This document shows, in pieces, positions 40,164-50,535 of a stretch of DNA of 64,000 bases. The translations under genes and the position numbers were made by a program. Below the pieces are notes generated by a model, which saw nothing but the letters and a program-made list of their open reading frames with translations, had not been told where the DNA came from and ran no database searches. Within the stretch, counting starts at the first letter, position 1. Each line of letters begins with the position of its first letter. This DNA comes from an uncultured Muribaculaceae bacterium (GTDB lineage: Bacteria; Bacillota_I; Bacilli_A; RF39; UBA660): NCBI GenBank assembly GCA_964370755.1, contig CAYJKL010000004.1:1136-65135 (forward strand), written 5' to 3'.

Positions 40164-40217
40164 ATATAACCTTTATCTTCCCTTATATTCATTATACACA
40201 AATTTTGACAAATAAAA

Positions 40218-40250
40218 AAGATATTTATTAATTTTTTTAATAAATATCTT
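40218..40250 (-). terminator. Perfect 14-bp hairpin terminator
   Basis: AAGATATTTATTAA-loop-TTAATAAATATCTT, then TTTTTAT on the minus strand. It overlaps the stop codon at 40249. Confidence 0.7.
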
Positions 40251-41505
40251 ACTTTACACCATCAATTATTGCTTTTGCTTTTATGCTCCAGTCATTTTCT
40301 TTAGCTTCTTTTTTCAGAAGTTCTATATATTTTTTATCATTTTGTTTTTTTAAAGCTTCTTCAAGTTTTTCTAAGAACTCTTTATGCGTTTTACCAATGA
40401 ATACTGATTTATATTTTCTACATTCATTCATATCAGTAACTACTATTGGTTTTTCAAGCGCCATATATTCAAATATTTTAACTGGACTTGTTGCCTTAGT
40501 TATATCATTTATAATAAATGGTATCGAAAGTATATCAGCTTTTTTAGCATAATTTTTGAGCACTTTATAATCCCTTGGTCCTAAAAAATATATGTTCTTT
40601 TCATCACTTATATTTTCATCATATGATTCATCATACTTAATACCAAATAATACGATGCTATACTTATTTGTTTTAGCAATTTTTTTTAGTAAATCATAGT
40701 CAAACCACTTTGCAAGCGCTCCATAATACATTATAACTGGTTTTCCCTTATCTAAAATATCTGTAAACTCCTTTTCATATTCGAAGTTTTTATCAAAAGT
40801 TTCAAAAAAATTATAATCTACTCCGTTTGATGAATAAATTAAATTTTTAGTACCTCTTTTACTTACTACATCTTCTTTTAAAAGATCTGCTGTTACAACT
40901 ATGTAAGTTTCATCATTATTCATAACATAATCATATTTTTCAGTAATATTTTTAGGTAGTTCTTTAGTTCCTGCTAATACCGGTGATATATCATCAATAT
41001 ACTCATATATAAATTTAAGCCCTTTGCTCATGTAATCTTCTATATTTTTAACGCTTAATTTCCAGTCAGTTGAATATAATTGTACAAATTTTGGTTTATT
41101 TATTTTACTAAGTTCTTCCATAAGTATTTTATTTAATACTATATTGTTAAAATTAATTAAATACATATTGTCATACTGTTTTTTTATTATTTTAACTTTA
41201 TCTGTCATCGTAGTTACTTCATAGAATACTAAACATTTTTGTTTTGCTAAGTTTCTTGATATATGCTGCGGCCTTTGATAAAGCGGAACATTGTAACCAA
41301 AACTACTTCTCCAAAGAATGATTCTGTCATATTTTAATGATAATATTTTTTTTATTTCTTTTCTGTAATGGTTTCTCCTAATAAAAGTAACTGGACTTAT
41401 TTTATTTAAGTAGTTTGCTACAATATATGCGTATAGTTTTTTACAAAATCCAGTGAAGCCATATTTTTTATAGACGTTTGTCAATTTTGATATTTTTTCT
41501 CTCAT
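40249..41505 (-). CDS. Glycosyltransferase with a GT-B C-terminal domain (paralog of 44390..45688)
   Basis: QRPQHI block, and the C-terminal SPVKIFEYMALEKPIVVT motif. Confidence 0.7.
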   Translation of the reverse strand: MREKISKLTNVYKKYGFTGFCKKLYAYIVANYLNKISPVTFIRRNHYRKEIKKILSLKYDRIILWRSSFGYNVPLYQRPQHISRNLAKQKCLVFYEVTTMTDKVKIIKKQYDNMYLINFNNIVLNKILMEELSKINKPKFVQLYSTDWKLSVKNIEDYMSKGLKFIYEYIDDISPVLAGTKELPKNITEKYDYVMNNDETYIVVTADLLKEDVVSKRGTKNLIYSSNGVDYNFFETFDKNFEYEKEFTDILDKGKPVIMYYGALAKWFDYDLLKKIAKTNKYSIVLFGIKYDESYDENISDEKNIYFLGPRDYKVLKNYAKKADILSIPFIINDITKATSPVKIFEYMALEKPIVVTDMNECRKYKSVFIGKTHKEFLEKLEEALKKQNDKKYIELLKKEAKENDWSIKAKAIIDGVK

Positions 41506-41545
41506 GGTTTACCTCTTAAATCTATTATACACAATTTTTTACAAG

Positions 41546-41577
41546 AAAAAAAGCAAATACTTATTTATTTTGCTTTT
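41546..41577 (-). terminator. Terminator after the ABC-route operon
   Basis: AAAGCAAA / TTTGCTTT 8-bp stem with an 11-nt loop and a T run on the minus strand. Confidence 0.5.
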
Positions 41578-41924
41578 TATCTTTTTATTCCTAGTAATAC
41601 AACTCCTGCAATTATTAGTATTATTCCAATAACGTTGAAAATTGTTACTTTTTCTTTAAATATTACAAGTGCAATTACAACTACTGCAACTTGAACGATG
41701 CCTGTTAATACTGGCACAATTATGGATATATTTGAAGTTACTATAATCTTTTGCCATAAAATAAAACTTACTATGTAACAAATAAAACCTAATAATGTTA
41801 CATAACCTATTTTAAAAGAAAAAATATCTTTTGTGGTAATGTTAAGCGAGTCTCCACCTAACTTCATAAAAGTTATACCACTTACTGTAAATAATAAATA
41901 TAAAATATATATTATGTAATTCAT
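41577..41924 (-). CDS. Small 4-TM DMT/EamA-like protein (ArnE/F- or GtrA-like lipid-sugar flippase candidate)
   Basis: 115 aa with four hydrophobic helices. ATGA overlap with the DUF2304-like gene. Confidence 0.5.
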   Translation of the reverse strand: MNYIIYILYLLFTVSGITFMKLGGDSLNITTKDIFSFKIGYVTLLGFICYIVSFILWQKIIVTSNISIIVPVLTGIVQVAVVVIALVIFKEKVTIFNVIGIILIIAGVVLLGIKR

Positions 41925-42262
41925 TTTTCCTCCGTATTTTTTTTAATTTTAGATACTTCTTGTATAAGTAATCTAATTTTTTCATTTTGGGCAGTTACTA
42001 TTATTGTTAAAGAAAGGCTTATTAGCAACAATATTATTATAACTATTACAAATAACATATTTGATAATGTTTCAAAATTAAAAAACACTGATATTTTTTC
42101 TAGAGTACTCGGAAATATTGAAGAAAATAATATAAATAAACTTGATAATATCCATATCATTGAATATTTTAGTGATATTAAGCCCTTTTTTACTATAAGG
42201 ATTATTATTACTATTAGAAATATTGAACCTAATATCATTTCAAATTGAAGTAATGGTGTCAT
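41921..42262 (-). CDS. DUF2304-like small membrane protein
   Basis: 113 aa with three TM helices and a C-terminal amphipathic helix. TAATG overlap with the GT2 fusion. This family typically accompanies polyprenyl-P GT2 genes. Confidence 0.55.
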   Translation of the reverse strand: MTPLLQFEMILGSIFLIVIIILIVKKGLISLKYSMIWILSSLFILFSSIFPSTLEKISVFFNFETLSNMLFVIVIIILLLISLSLTIIVTAQNEKIRLLIQEVSKIKKNTEEK

Positions 42263-44397
42263 TATTTTCCTCCTTTCATATTAGTAATTATCATCAATAA
42301 TATTACATTAATCATGTAGTATACACTTTTCCAAGATTTTATTGATGATTCTCCATTTTCTCTAGCGTGCATTTTTACTGCAACTTCTTCTATTTTTAAA
42401 TTATATTTTTTTAATATTATCGGACATATTGGTTCTGGATACTCTATTGGATACTTTTCAGCAAATATTTTTATTACATTCTTATTTGCTGCTCTAAATC
42501 CACTTGTTGGATCTGTTATTGTTTGATTCGATATTAATTTTATAAATTTTGAAATTATTTTTATCCCTACTTGTCTCATAGCAGTTGATTTAAATTCACT
42601 TGAGTTTATATCTACGAATCTTGAGCCAATCACAAAATCGGCGCCTGATTTAATTGGTTTAATTAATTCCTTAACGTAATTAACGTCATGCTGTCCATCT
42701 CCGTCAAATTGTATGGCAACATCATAATTATTTACTAGTGCATACTTATAACCAGTTTGTACTGCTCCTCCAATACCCAAATTATGTATTAGATTAATTG
42801 TATTAAAATTATTTTTCGCACAAATTTCTTTGGTTTTATCTGTTGATCCATCATTTATGATTATATAATCAATATTTTGTTTAGACTTTTCTATACTATT
42901 AATAGTTTTTACAATATTTTCTTCTTCATTATAAGCTGGTATAATTAATAATATTTTCTCTGCTTTTTTTTGTGTTTCCATTTCTTCTTTTGTATTCATT
43001 TTAATTTTTTCAACTTGATTCTTATTTGCTGCTATTATAATCAGTAATAATATTGCCGGGAAACTATATCTGCCATTTAGAACCACTAATAAATTAGATA
43101 ATATGTATCCTACTGTAAACAACTGCAATATTATGAGTTTGTGATTATTATTTTTTATATTTGAGTATACTGCAATTATAGAAAATGATATTATTGCAGT
43201 ATATATTATTAAATTTACATTATTTATTGTTTCGTAATTTTTTTGTACTATTGCTAAGCTCTCTTCGTCAATAATATATGATACATAATCTAGTGATGTG
43301 TTATGCGTAGTCCATAGTGATGTATATTTACAATTCATTAGTTCACTCGTTCCACTAATTCCATAACTTTTGTATCTATTAATTGTTTCATCAATTAAAA
43401 TACTACTTCCATTTTTTTCTTCTAATATCTCAAATGCATATTCAGAATCTTCTACTGTCCAACTTCCACAGTATTCTTTGTTTGCACCAAAATATAGTGA
43501 CCATTCAGTTGCACCTGGTCTAAGTTCCATATCTAATCGATTTTCAATATAAATGTTAATTAAACTACTTGTTATTGTATATGTAAGTATTATAATTACT
43601 AAACTTAGTATTTCTCTTAATTTCTTAATTGTCAAAATATAATAGATTACAAGTGCGATTAATAATATTAACATTATAGGTCTAATATTATTGCTCACTG
43701 CCATTATTATTCCAAGTAATATTATATAAAGTATACTTTTTTTATTCACTTCAAGTGTTTCTAAATTTTTAATTTTTTCTAATATTATTATTGTTAGTAT
43801 TAAAAACAGCATAAATATTGTTTCTGTTGCTACTAAAAAATTTGTAAATATTACTACTGGCATTATGAAATATAAACCACTAAGTAAAGTTCCAACCGGT
43901 TTTGACGTATACTTAATTATAACTTTATAAAGTAACAAGGTTGTTATTATCTGAACAATTACATTCCCAATTATAACTGAACTTACTCCTTTGCCAAATA
44001 GAAATAAAAAGAAGGCGAAAATGTTAGAAACCATTACAACATATCCATTGAATGCTAGATATGCATTATTAAAATTTTCTCCATTTAGTATTGAAATTGC
44101 GGTTTCATAATATAATAAGAAATCTGATTCTAATTCAAAATTTAAATTCAAGAAATAGTAACCTCTGATAATTAAACCTACAATTATAAATGAAATGAGT
44201 ATATATTTACTATTTTTATTGTTTATGAGATTTTTTTTATATAAAAAATAGAATGAGAATATCAGTATTATCACTACTATTCCTTCAATCGAAAAATAGT
44301 TCATATTGAATTTATGTAAATTCAAACCTAATATATATACTAATAATATTAGCAGTATAATTTGTATTACTTTTTTTAGTATATTCATACTATTCAC
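42262..44397 (-). CDS. Fusion protein: N-terminal GT-C-like polytopic domain plus C-terminal GT2 polyprenyl-phosphate glycosyltransferase (GtrB/ArnC/Dpm1-like)
   Basis: Residues 1 to about 455 have at least 12 TM helices, with ELESDFLLYYETA in the first loop. From about residue 475 on: LLIIPAYNEEENI, INDGSTDKT and QFDGDGQH. Confidence 0.75.
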   Translation of the reverse strand: MNSMNILKKVIQIILLILLVYILGLNLHKFNMNYFSIEGIVVIILIFSFYFLYKKNLINNKNSKYILISFIIVGLIIRGYYFLNLNFELESDFLLYYETAISILNGENFNNAYLAFNGYVVMVSNIFAFFLFLFGKGVSSVIIGNVIVQIITTLLLYKVIIKYTSKPVGTLLSGLYFIMPVVIFTNFLVATETIFMLFLILTIIILEKIKNLETLEVNKKSILYIILLGIIMAVSNNIRPIMLILLIALVIYYILTIKKLREILSLVIIILTYTITSSLINIYIENRLDMELRPGATEWSLYFGANKEYCGSWTVEDSEYAFEILEEKNGSSILIDETINRYKSYGISGTSELMNCKYTSLWTTHNTSLDYVSYIIDEESLAIVQKNYETINNVNLIIYTAIISFSIIAVYSNIKNNNHKLIILQLFTVGYILSNLLVVLNGRYSFPAILLLIIIAANKNQVEKIKMNTKEEMETQKKAEKILLIIPAYNEEENIVKTINSIEKSKQNIDYIIINDGSTDKTKEICAKNNFNTINLIHNLGIGGAVQTGYKYALVNNYDVAIQFDGDGQHDVNYVKELIKPIKSGADFVIGSRFVDINSSEFKSTAMRQVGIKIISKFIKLISNQTITDPTSGFRAANKNVIKIFAEKYPIEYPEPICPIILKKYNLKIEEVAVKMHARENGESSIKSWKSVYYMINVILLMIITNMKGGK

Positions 44398-45688
44398 CTT
44401 CCTTTGATTTCAGATAACTTAATATTATTTCGCATTTTTTTAACCATGAGTTTTCATTTGCTTCTTTCTCTAATAGTTTCAAATATTTTTTATCTTTGGT
44501 TAGCTTTAATGCTTCATCTAATTTATCCATAAAATCATCATGATTTTTACCTATTAATACGCTTTCGTGTTTCATACACTCGTGCATAGCTGTTGTTACA
44601 GAAGGTTTTCCTAGGGCCATATATTCATATAACTTTAGAGGCGATGTTGCTTGTGTTATTTCGTTTATCAAAAATGGTATTGTACATACATCAAACTCCT
44701 TAGCATAATAAGGTAATATATTGTAATCAATTGATCCTATAAAGTGAATATTTTTTAGTTCATGAATATTGTGTTTATCATATTCTTCGTCATATTTTAC
44801 TCCAATTAATACAAATTCATAATCTGGTCTTTTTTTAGCGAATTCTTTTAAAAGATCATAATCAAACCAAACGGCAAGTGCTCCATAATAACCGATGATA
44901 GGTTTATTAAGTTTAATTATTTTTTGCATTTCTACACTTAGTTTAGTTTTTTTATTTAAATTTGTAAAATGATTGATATCTACACCATTTGAAGAATAGA
45001 CATATTCATCTCTATATTTTTTTACATCATCCATTATGTTGTCAGCTGTAACCACTACAATACAATTTTCTGTGTCTGACATTGCATAATTATATTTTTC
45101 TTCAACATTTTTTGGAAGTCTTTTAGCGTTTGATATCGCAGGGCTTAAGTCATCTATATAATCATAAATAATTTTATAACCTTTTTTAATATACTGTTTC
45201 ATCTTTTTAACTGTAAGTGATAACTCAGTAGAAAATAGATATATATATTTTGGTTTATCAATTTCATCTATCTTTTTATATAATGCTTTAACAAAATCTT
45301 TACTATACGTGAAATTTATAAGATATAAATTTTTTTCAAGTTTTGAACATAGTTCTATGTTATCTGAAAATATATTAACTTCATATAAGAATAATGTATT
45401 GTTTCTAGCCATTGCTCTAGCTATATGCTGTGGTCTTTGAAATAGTTTTGCATTCCATCCAAAACTATCATTTTTCCATATAACTATTCTATCAAAACTT
45501 TTTTCATTATCAAATATTTTTGCGATTTCTTTATTTATTTTTTCAAAATATTTTTTCCTGTCTTTTTGTTTTTCAATGAACTGACTTATTTTATTTATCA
45601 ATCTTCTTACTTTTCTTTTTATTATAGCAATTGGTTTTAATATTAGATGCCATCTTAAATACTTTAATACTTTAATAATAAATTTCAT
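44390..45688 (-). CDS. Glycosyltransferase with a GT-B C-terminal domain (paralog of 40249..41505)
   Basis: QRPQHI block and SPLKLYEYMALGKPSVTT. Confidence 0.7.
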   Translation of the reverse strand: MKFIIKVLKYLRWHLILKPIAIIKRKVRRLINKISQFIEKQKDRKKYFEKINKEIAKIFDNEKSFDRIVIWKNDSFGWNAKLFQRPQHIARAMARNNTLFLYEVNIFSDNIELCSKLEKNLYLINFTYSKDFVKALYKKIDEIDKPKYIYLFSTELSLTVKKMKQYIKKGYKIIYDYIDDLSPAISNAKRLPKNVEEKYNYAMSDTENCIVVVTADNIMDDVKKYRDEYVYSSNGVDINHFTNLNKKTKLSVEMQKIIKLNKPIIGYYGALAVWFDYDLLKEFAKKRPDYEFVLIGVKYDEEYDKHNIHELKNIHFIGSIDYNILPYYAKEFDVCTIPFLINEITQATSPLKLYEYMALGKPSVTTAMHECMKHESVLIGKNHDDFMDKLDEALKLTKDKKYLKLLEKEANENSWLKKCEIILSYLKSKEGE

Positions 45689-45689
45689 T

Positions 45690-46457
45690 TTATACCTCTT
45701 CTTTCATTATTGTTCGATAGTATTCATCACACACAGTTATATCCCCTATTTTTTTAACTTTACCTTTTTCTAACCAAATAACTTTATCACATATTTTTTT
45801 TACTTGTTCAAGCGAATGAGATACAAACAAAACTGTCGTTCCACCTGTTATCATTTCCATCATTTTGTTTTCACTCTTACTTTGAAATGCTATATCTCCA
45901 ACTGATAAAATTTCATCTACTATTAATATTTCTGGATCTACTATAGTAGCTATTGAAAATGCAAGTCTAGCTATCATTCCCGAAGAGTAATTTTGGACTG
46001 GTACATCTAAAAATTCTTTTAACTCTGAAAATTCTACTATTTCATCAAATTTATTATCGATTAGATCTTTTGAATAACCCATCACTGCCCCATTTAAATA
46101 GATATTTTCACGTGCTGTAAGTTCCATATCGAATCCTGCTCCAAGTTCTATCATAGGACAAATATTACCATATGTTTCCATTTTTCCTTCAGTAGGTTTC
46201 ATAACTCCTGCAATTATTTTTAATAGTGTTGATTTTCCAGCACCATTTGCACCTATGAAACCAACTACTTCGCCACTTTTTATTTCAAAGCTTACATTAT
46301 TAATTGCTTTAAATTCCATTTTTTTCTTTTTTTCTTTTCTCTTAGTAATGTTTACAAACCACTGTTTAAATGAAAATGTTTTTTCTATTCCTAGATTAAA
46401 TTTCATTGTGATTTTTTCCAACTTGATCATTATTTTTTTTTGATTTTCCATATTCAC
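45690..46457 (-). CDS. tagH: Polysaccharide/teichoic acid export ABC transporter ATP-binding protein
   Basis: Walker A GANGAGKST, signature YSSGM and Walker B ILIVDE. Confidence 0.9.
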   Translation of the reverse strand: MNMENQKKIMIKLEKITMKFNLGIEKTFSFKQWFVNITKRKEKKKKMEFKAINNVSFEIKSGEVVGFIGANGAGKSTLLKIIAGVMKPTEGKMETYGNICPMIELGAGFDMELTARENIYLNGAVMGYSKDLIDNKFDEIVEFSELKEFLDVPVQNYSSGMIARLAFSIATIVDPEILIVDEILSVGDIAFQSKSENKMMEMITGGTTVLFVSHSLEQVKKICDKVIWLEKGKVKKIGDITVCDEYYRTIMKEEV

Positions 46458-46459
46458 CT

Positions 46460-47245
46460 CTAAACGTAATATATAAATTTGTCTTGTTTTTTTCTAAAGA
46501 CAAATATACCTATAAATAATGCTATTATTGCTGATAAAAAGCATATTAAAAATTGAAAGCCAGATGGCATATTACCAAAAAGTATTATTTCTCTAGCAAA
46601 ATCTATAAATTGATACAGTGGATTAAATTTCATAAAATCTTGTAGAGGCATTTCTATAATATTAATGTCATACATTATTGGTGTTAAATACATTAAAATT
46701 GTAGTTAATATACCATAAATATAAAACATATCTCTTAAAAACACTGACACAGTTGATAAAATTAAACCTACTCCTAATGTAAATAAAAATAAACATAAGA
46801 ATATAAATGGTAATAACAAATGATATACATTAAGTGAGTGACCTGTTGCTAATATTACTATATAAAGTGGAATTAAAGTTAATATAAAGTTAATTCCTAT
46901 GAAAAGGCATTTTGCCAAAGGGAAAATGTATTTTGGTATATATACTTTGTTAATCAAACTAAAATTACCTACAACTGATCCCATTGCTAGATTAGATGCT
47001 TCTGAAAAATAATTGAAAAAAGTAAGTCCTATTAGTAAATATGTTATATAACTAATGCCTGGTGTAGAAAATTTAAATACATTTGAAAAAACTACTGCCA
47101 TCACACTCATCATTAAAATTGGATACAGTAAACTCCATAATACGCCTAGTACACTTCTTTTATATTTTACTTTAAAATCTCGAATAATTAATTGTTTTAG
47201 TAAAAAGTTATATTTTTGATATGTATATTTTAAGTTTTTAATCAT
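46460..47245 (-). CDS. tagG: ABC-2 type polysaccharide/teichoic acid export permease
   Basis: Six TM helices with an ABC2_membrane-like pattern. I moved the start to MIKNLKY after GAGGAG, which removes the overlap with the upstream gene. Confidence 0.85.
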   Translation of the reverse strand: MIKNLKYTYQKYNFLLKQLIIRDFKVKYKRSVLGVLWSLLYPILMMSVMAVVFSNVFKFSTPGISYITYLLIGLTFFNYFSEASNLAMGSVVGNFSLINKVYIPKYIFPLAKCLFIGINFILTLIPLYIVILATGHSLNVYHLLLPFIFLCLFLFTLGVGLILSTVSVFLRDMFYIYGILTTILMYLTPIMYDINIIEMPLQDFMKFNPLYQFIDFAREIILFGNMPSGFQFLICFLSAIIALFIGIFVFRKKQDKFIYYV

Positions 47246-47270
47246 TGTTATATTACTCCTCATATGTTTA

Positions 47271-48728
47271 TTATACACTATTTTTTCTTTTATTAGCAAG
47301 ATTTCTTTTATTATTACCCTTATTTTCTTCAAATTCTATAAACATAAAAAGACTTACTAATAAAAGTGGCACTAACTGATTAAAAATATTTCCACTTAGA
47401 TACGCTATAAAAAATGTAATCGCACATATTGATGCTTTTATAAAATGATAATATTTATTTGTTTTAAAATATGCAAATGTCATCTTAAAAGTTTGATATA
47501 TATATATTCCTAAAAATAGTATTAACCCAATTATTCCATACGCATAGTACTGAAGAGTTATATCACTTTCTATATTAAATATATTTTGAACTCTAGAGTT
47601 AGTTATACCAAAAAATACATCATTATTATTATCGTTTATTTCTATTACTCTTTTAATCATTTCTGTTTCTAAATATCTATAATTTGTTCTAGAACTTTCG
47701 TCTTGCTGAAGTATTTCATACCAAAAATCAGGGTCGTACTGATATGGGTATCTGTTTATAATAAAATTTGCATTAATTTTTAATTCTTCGTAATTTTCTT
47801 CAATATATTCTTCTTTTGATAATTCTTTTTTTTCTTCCAATTTTTCTTCGTATGCAAGTATATAAGTTGTTTTAGCATTTAACAAATCATAAGTTTCCAC
47901 TCGTCTAATACTTGGGGAATATGGAAGCAGTATTCCGAATAATATCATTAAGCTTATTGTTTTTAAAATATCTTTTTTTGAATAATCAATTTGTTTAGTT
48001 ATCTTATATAAAATGGTAAATATAAAAACTACTATGAAAATTGCAGCCAGTCCGATACTAGATACTCTTGTACCTAACATAAGACTTGCTATAATAATTA
48101 AGATTATATAATTAAAATTTATTTTTTTGTTTATAAAGTAGTAGAAACTTATTACGAATAGTATATTTAATATTAAACATATTTGATTTGCATACATAAA
48201 ATAACCTTTACTAGCTAAGTCTGCATAGTAATAACCATTGCTGAACCATGAAAAAATATTGCCTTTTATTATTTGATCTGCATAACTACTTTCTGATATT
48301 ACAAATATGTTAGTTATTACTATACTACCTGCGACAAATAAAATATAGTATTTTATTAGCTTAATAAAAAACATTTTATTTATTTTTGTGTGTCTAATTA
48401 TGTAGATAAATAATATAGGTACACATAATTTGGCGATTTGCAATATTTCATCATATAAATTGTAATTGAAATTCCCTGGAACTAGAGAATTAAAATTATT
48501 AGAGTTTAAGTGATGAAATATATAATATACTAGCACAATACTAAAATATGCAATAATGTACTTCACATTTTTTCTTGATCCTTTATTTGTATATAATAAC
48601 ATTATAAAAAGCATTACTACTGTTATTAATAATGCTAGTGTAACTATTGAATTATAAAAACTCCCTAATAAAAATATAGGTAAAGTAATAAGTAACATAT
48701 TTAATAATTTTGCATATAGATTATTCAT
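47271..48728 (-). CDS. O-antigen ligase/polymerase-like polytopic membrane protein
   Basis: 485 aa with more than 10 TM helices and a large hydrophilic loop (about residues 290-370). Confidence 0.55.
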   Translation of the reverse strand: MNNLYAKLLNMLLITLPIFLLGSFYNSIVTLALLITVVMLFIMLLYTNKGSRKNVKYIIAYFSIVLVYYIFHHLNSNNFNSLVPGNFNYNLYDEILQIAKLCVPILFIYIIRHTKINKMFFIKLIKYYILFVAGSIVITNIFVISESSYADQIIKGNIFSWFSNGYYYADLASKGYFMYANQICLILNILFVISFYYFINKKINFNYIILIIIASLMLGTRVSSIGLAAIFIVVFIFTILYKITKQIDYSKKDILKTISLMILFGILLPYSPSIRRVETYDLLNAKTTYILAYEEKLEEKKELSKEEYIEENYEELKINANFIINRYPYQYDPDFWYEILQQDESSRTNYRYLETEMIKRVIEINDNNNDVFFGITNSRVQNIFNIESDITLQYYAYGIIGLILFLGIYIYQTFKMTFAYFKTNKYYHFIKASICAITFFIAYLSGNIFNQLVPLLLVSLFMFIEFEENKGNNKRNLANKRKNSV

Positions 48729-48815
48729 AATATACTCTTTTCTTAAAATATTTTATCATATTAGGCATTAAAAATCTATATTTGACATCAAATCTTTTCT
48801 TTAAGATAAATTTAG

Positions 48816-48843
48816 TAAAAAAATAAGCGATTTTTTCGCTTAT
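48816..48843 (-). terminator. Rho-independent terminator
   Basis: ATAAGCGA-AAAAA-TCGCTTAT followed by a T run on the minus strand. Confidence 0.7.
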
Positions 48844-48855
48844 CTTATTTTTTGT

Positions 48856-50535
48856 CTATAGTCCGTAATGTGCTAAACCAAATTTGATTAATTCAATTAT
48901 TCCAGGTATATTTATTGCGATTAATGAAACTATTAATAGGTAATAAATGATTATTTTAAATTTCAATTTATTTTTTAATAACTTTTCTATTAGCATAATT
49001 ATTAGTATTATATACGCCCAGGAAAAGTATAATGAATATAGTATCAAACCATTTTCTGATGTTCCCCAACCAACTAGGCATAACATAACGAAGGAAAATA
49101 TTACCCAAGAAAAACATATTTTACATAATTTTTCTTTATAATTTAAAATAAATGATATTATAACGAGTAGTATTATCCCAACGCCTATATAATTTACTTT
49201 TAAAGAATCTTCTAACTGATATACTATATTTCCGTGTTTGTTTATTTCTATTATTGTATCTAATTTATAAAAACAATTCGCAACAAAATCTGTGAATTGA
49301 TAAAATTTTTCATAAAAATATAATTCTTTTCCTGTATAATGAGTAGTATAAATTGTTAGCAATTGTATTGCATCTAATAATTTTGGTAACTGACCAAATA
49401 TTGATATAGTTGTTATTGTATTAATAAATAAATAAACTAAATTTATTATTTTGTCTTTTAATTTTTTCGAACTAATAGTCAACGGAAATAATATTCCACT
49501 TGTTAATAGTGTACCTGTTGAACAGATATAAAGTTCGTCTTTATTTTTCTTATCTTTTATATATGCATTAATTAACATTATTAGCCAAAAAAATGCTATT
49601 ATGTATTGCTCTATATTTAACACAAATAGTAAAAATGGATAAGATACAAAGAATATAAATAAAAATATTTTTTTAGTAAGATTATCAAAATTTAGTAATT
49701 TACTTAAGGTTACTGCGCTAAATATTAATAACATACAATGTAAGATTGCCGTTGTAATAAAATATATATTTGGTACAAACGGTAATGTATTTGACACTGC
49801 TTTTACAAAAACTGTAAACGGTAGCGCTATTATACCAAATAAAGGTTGTCTTAAATCATTTTCATGGGCATTTACATAATAATATGTGTCTGTGTATAGT
49901 AAAAAACCTGTGTCTGTTGTATATACAACATCATAAGGAATACTATTGCCATAATCGTCTACTGGTTGATAAAATACTGTTGTGTTATTATAAATAATTA
50001 TAATTAATATAGATATTATAATTGTCATAATTATAAATAGTTTTTTTTCTTTTTTTTCGAATCCAACAAAATCTTCAATTATATCTCTTATAATTTTTGT
50101 GTAGAAAAAGTTCGTTGCTACATATACTGCGAAAAAAGAAAGCAGTGTAAATAATTCTAAAAATAGTAATGCTCGATCTACTGAAAAGTTAAAATTATGG
50201 ATATTATCATTAATAAAAGTTTGTACAAAAATGTTATCTATATAATTTTGCGAAACTGCGTAAGTAAGTAGAACTGACCATAGTAGAACTGGATAGTTTA
50301 TTCCTTTTTCAAATATTTTTTTCAAAAAGTTCTTTTTAAACGCTAAATAACAAACTGTAATTAGAGATATAACTAAAGTTACAAAAGTATATAAATACGG
50401 CAGCTTATACCCTATAAGTGAAAATGTTAAAATTAGTCCTGATAATATAAATATTACTTCAAGAACTGTGGTTTTTGATAGTTTAATAACTATACTATCA
50501 ACTTTATCTCTTAATTTTTTTATTATAGTTTTCAT
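48856..50535 (-). CDS. Large polytopic membrane protein, GT-C-like candidate glycosyltransferase
   Basis: About 14 TM helices. One loop contains VDDYGNSIPYD...HENDLRQPLFG. I moved the start to MKTIIKK after AGGGAGG. Confidence 0.55.
   Translation of the reverse strand: MKTIIKKLRDKVDSIVIKLSKTTVLEVIFILSGLILTFSLIGYKLPYLYTFVTLVISLITVCYLAFKKNFLKKIFEKGINYPVLLWSVLLTYAVSQNYIDNIFVQTFINDNIHNFNFSVDRALLFLELFTLLSFFAVYVATNFFYTKIIRDIIEDFVGFEKKEKKLFIIMTIIISILIIIIYNNTTVFYQPVDDYGNSIPYDVVYTTDTGFLLYTDTYYYVNAHENDLRQPLFGIIALPFTVFVKAVSNTLPFVPNIYFITTAILHCMLLIFSAVTLSKLLNFDNLTKKIFLFIFFVSYPFLLFVLNIEQYIIAFFWLIMLINAYIKDKKNKDELYICSTGTLLTSGILFPLTISSKKLKDKIINLVYLFINTITTISIFGQLPKLLDAIQLLTIYTTHYTGKELYFYEKFYQFTDFVANCFYKLDTIIEINKHGNIVYQLEDSLKVNYIGVGIILLVIISFILNYKEKLCKICFSWVIFSFVMLCLVGWGTSENGLILYSLYFSWAYIILIIMLIEKLLKNKLKFKIIIYYLLIVSLIAINIPGIIELIKFGLAHYGL

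Noticed and set aside
47246-47332. The long N-terminal extension of the TagG-like permease (track start 47332), which overlaps the upstream gene by 62 nt
   Set aside because: An internal ATG at 47245 has a GAGGAG RBS at good spacing and removes the overlap. The extension is probably not translated.
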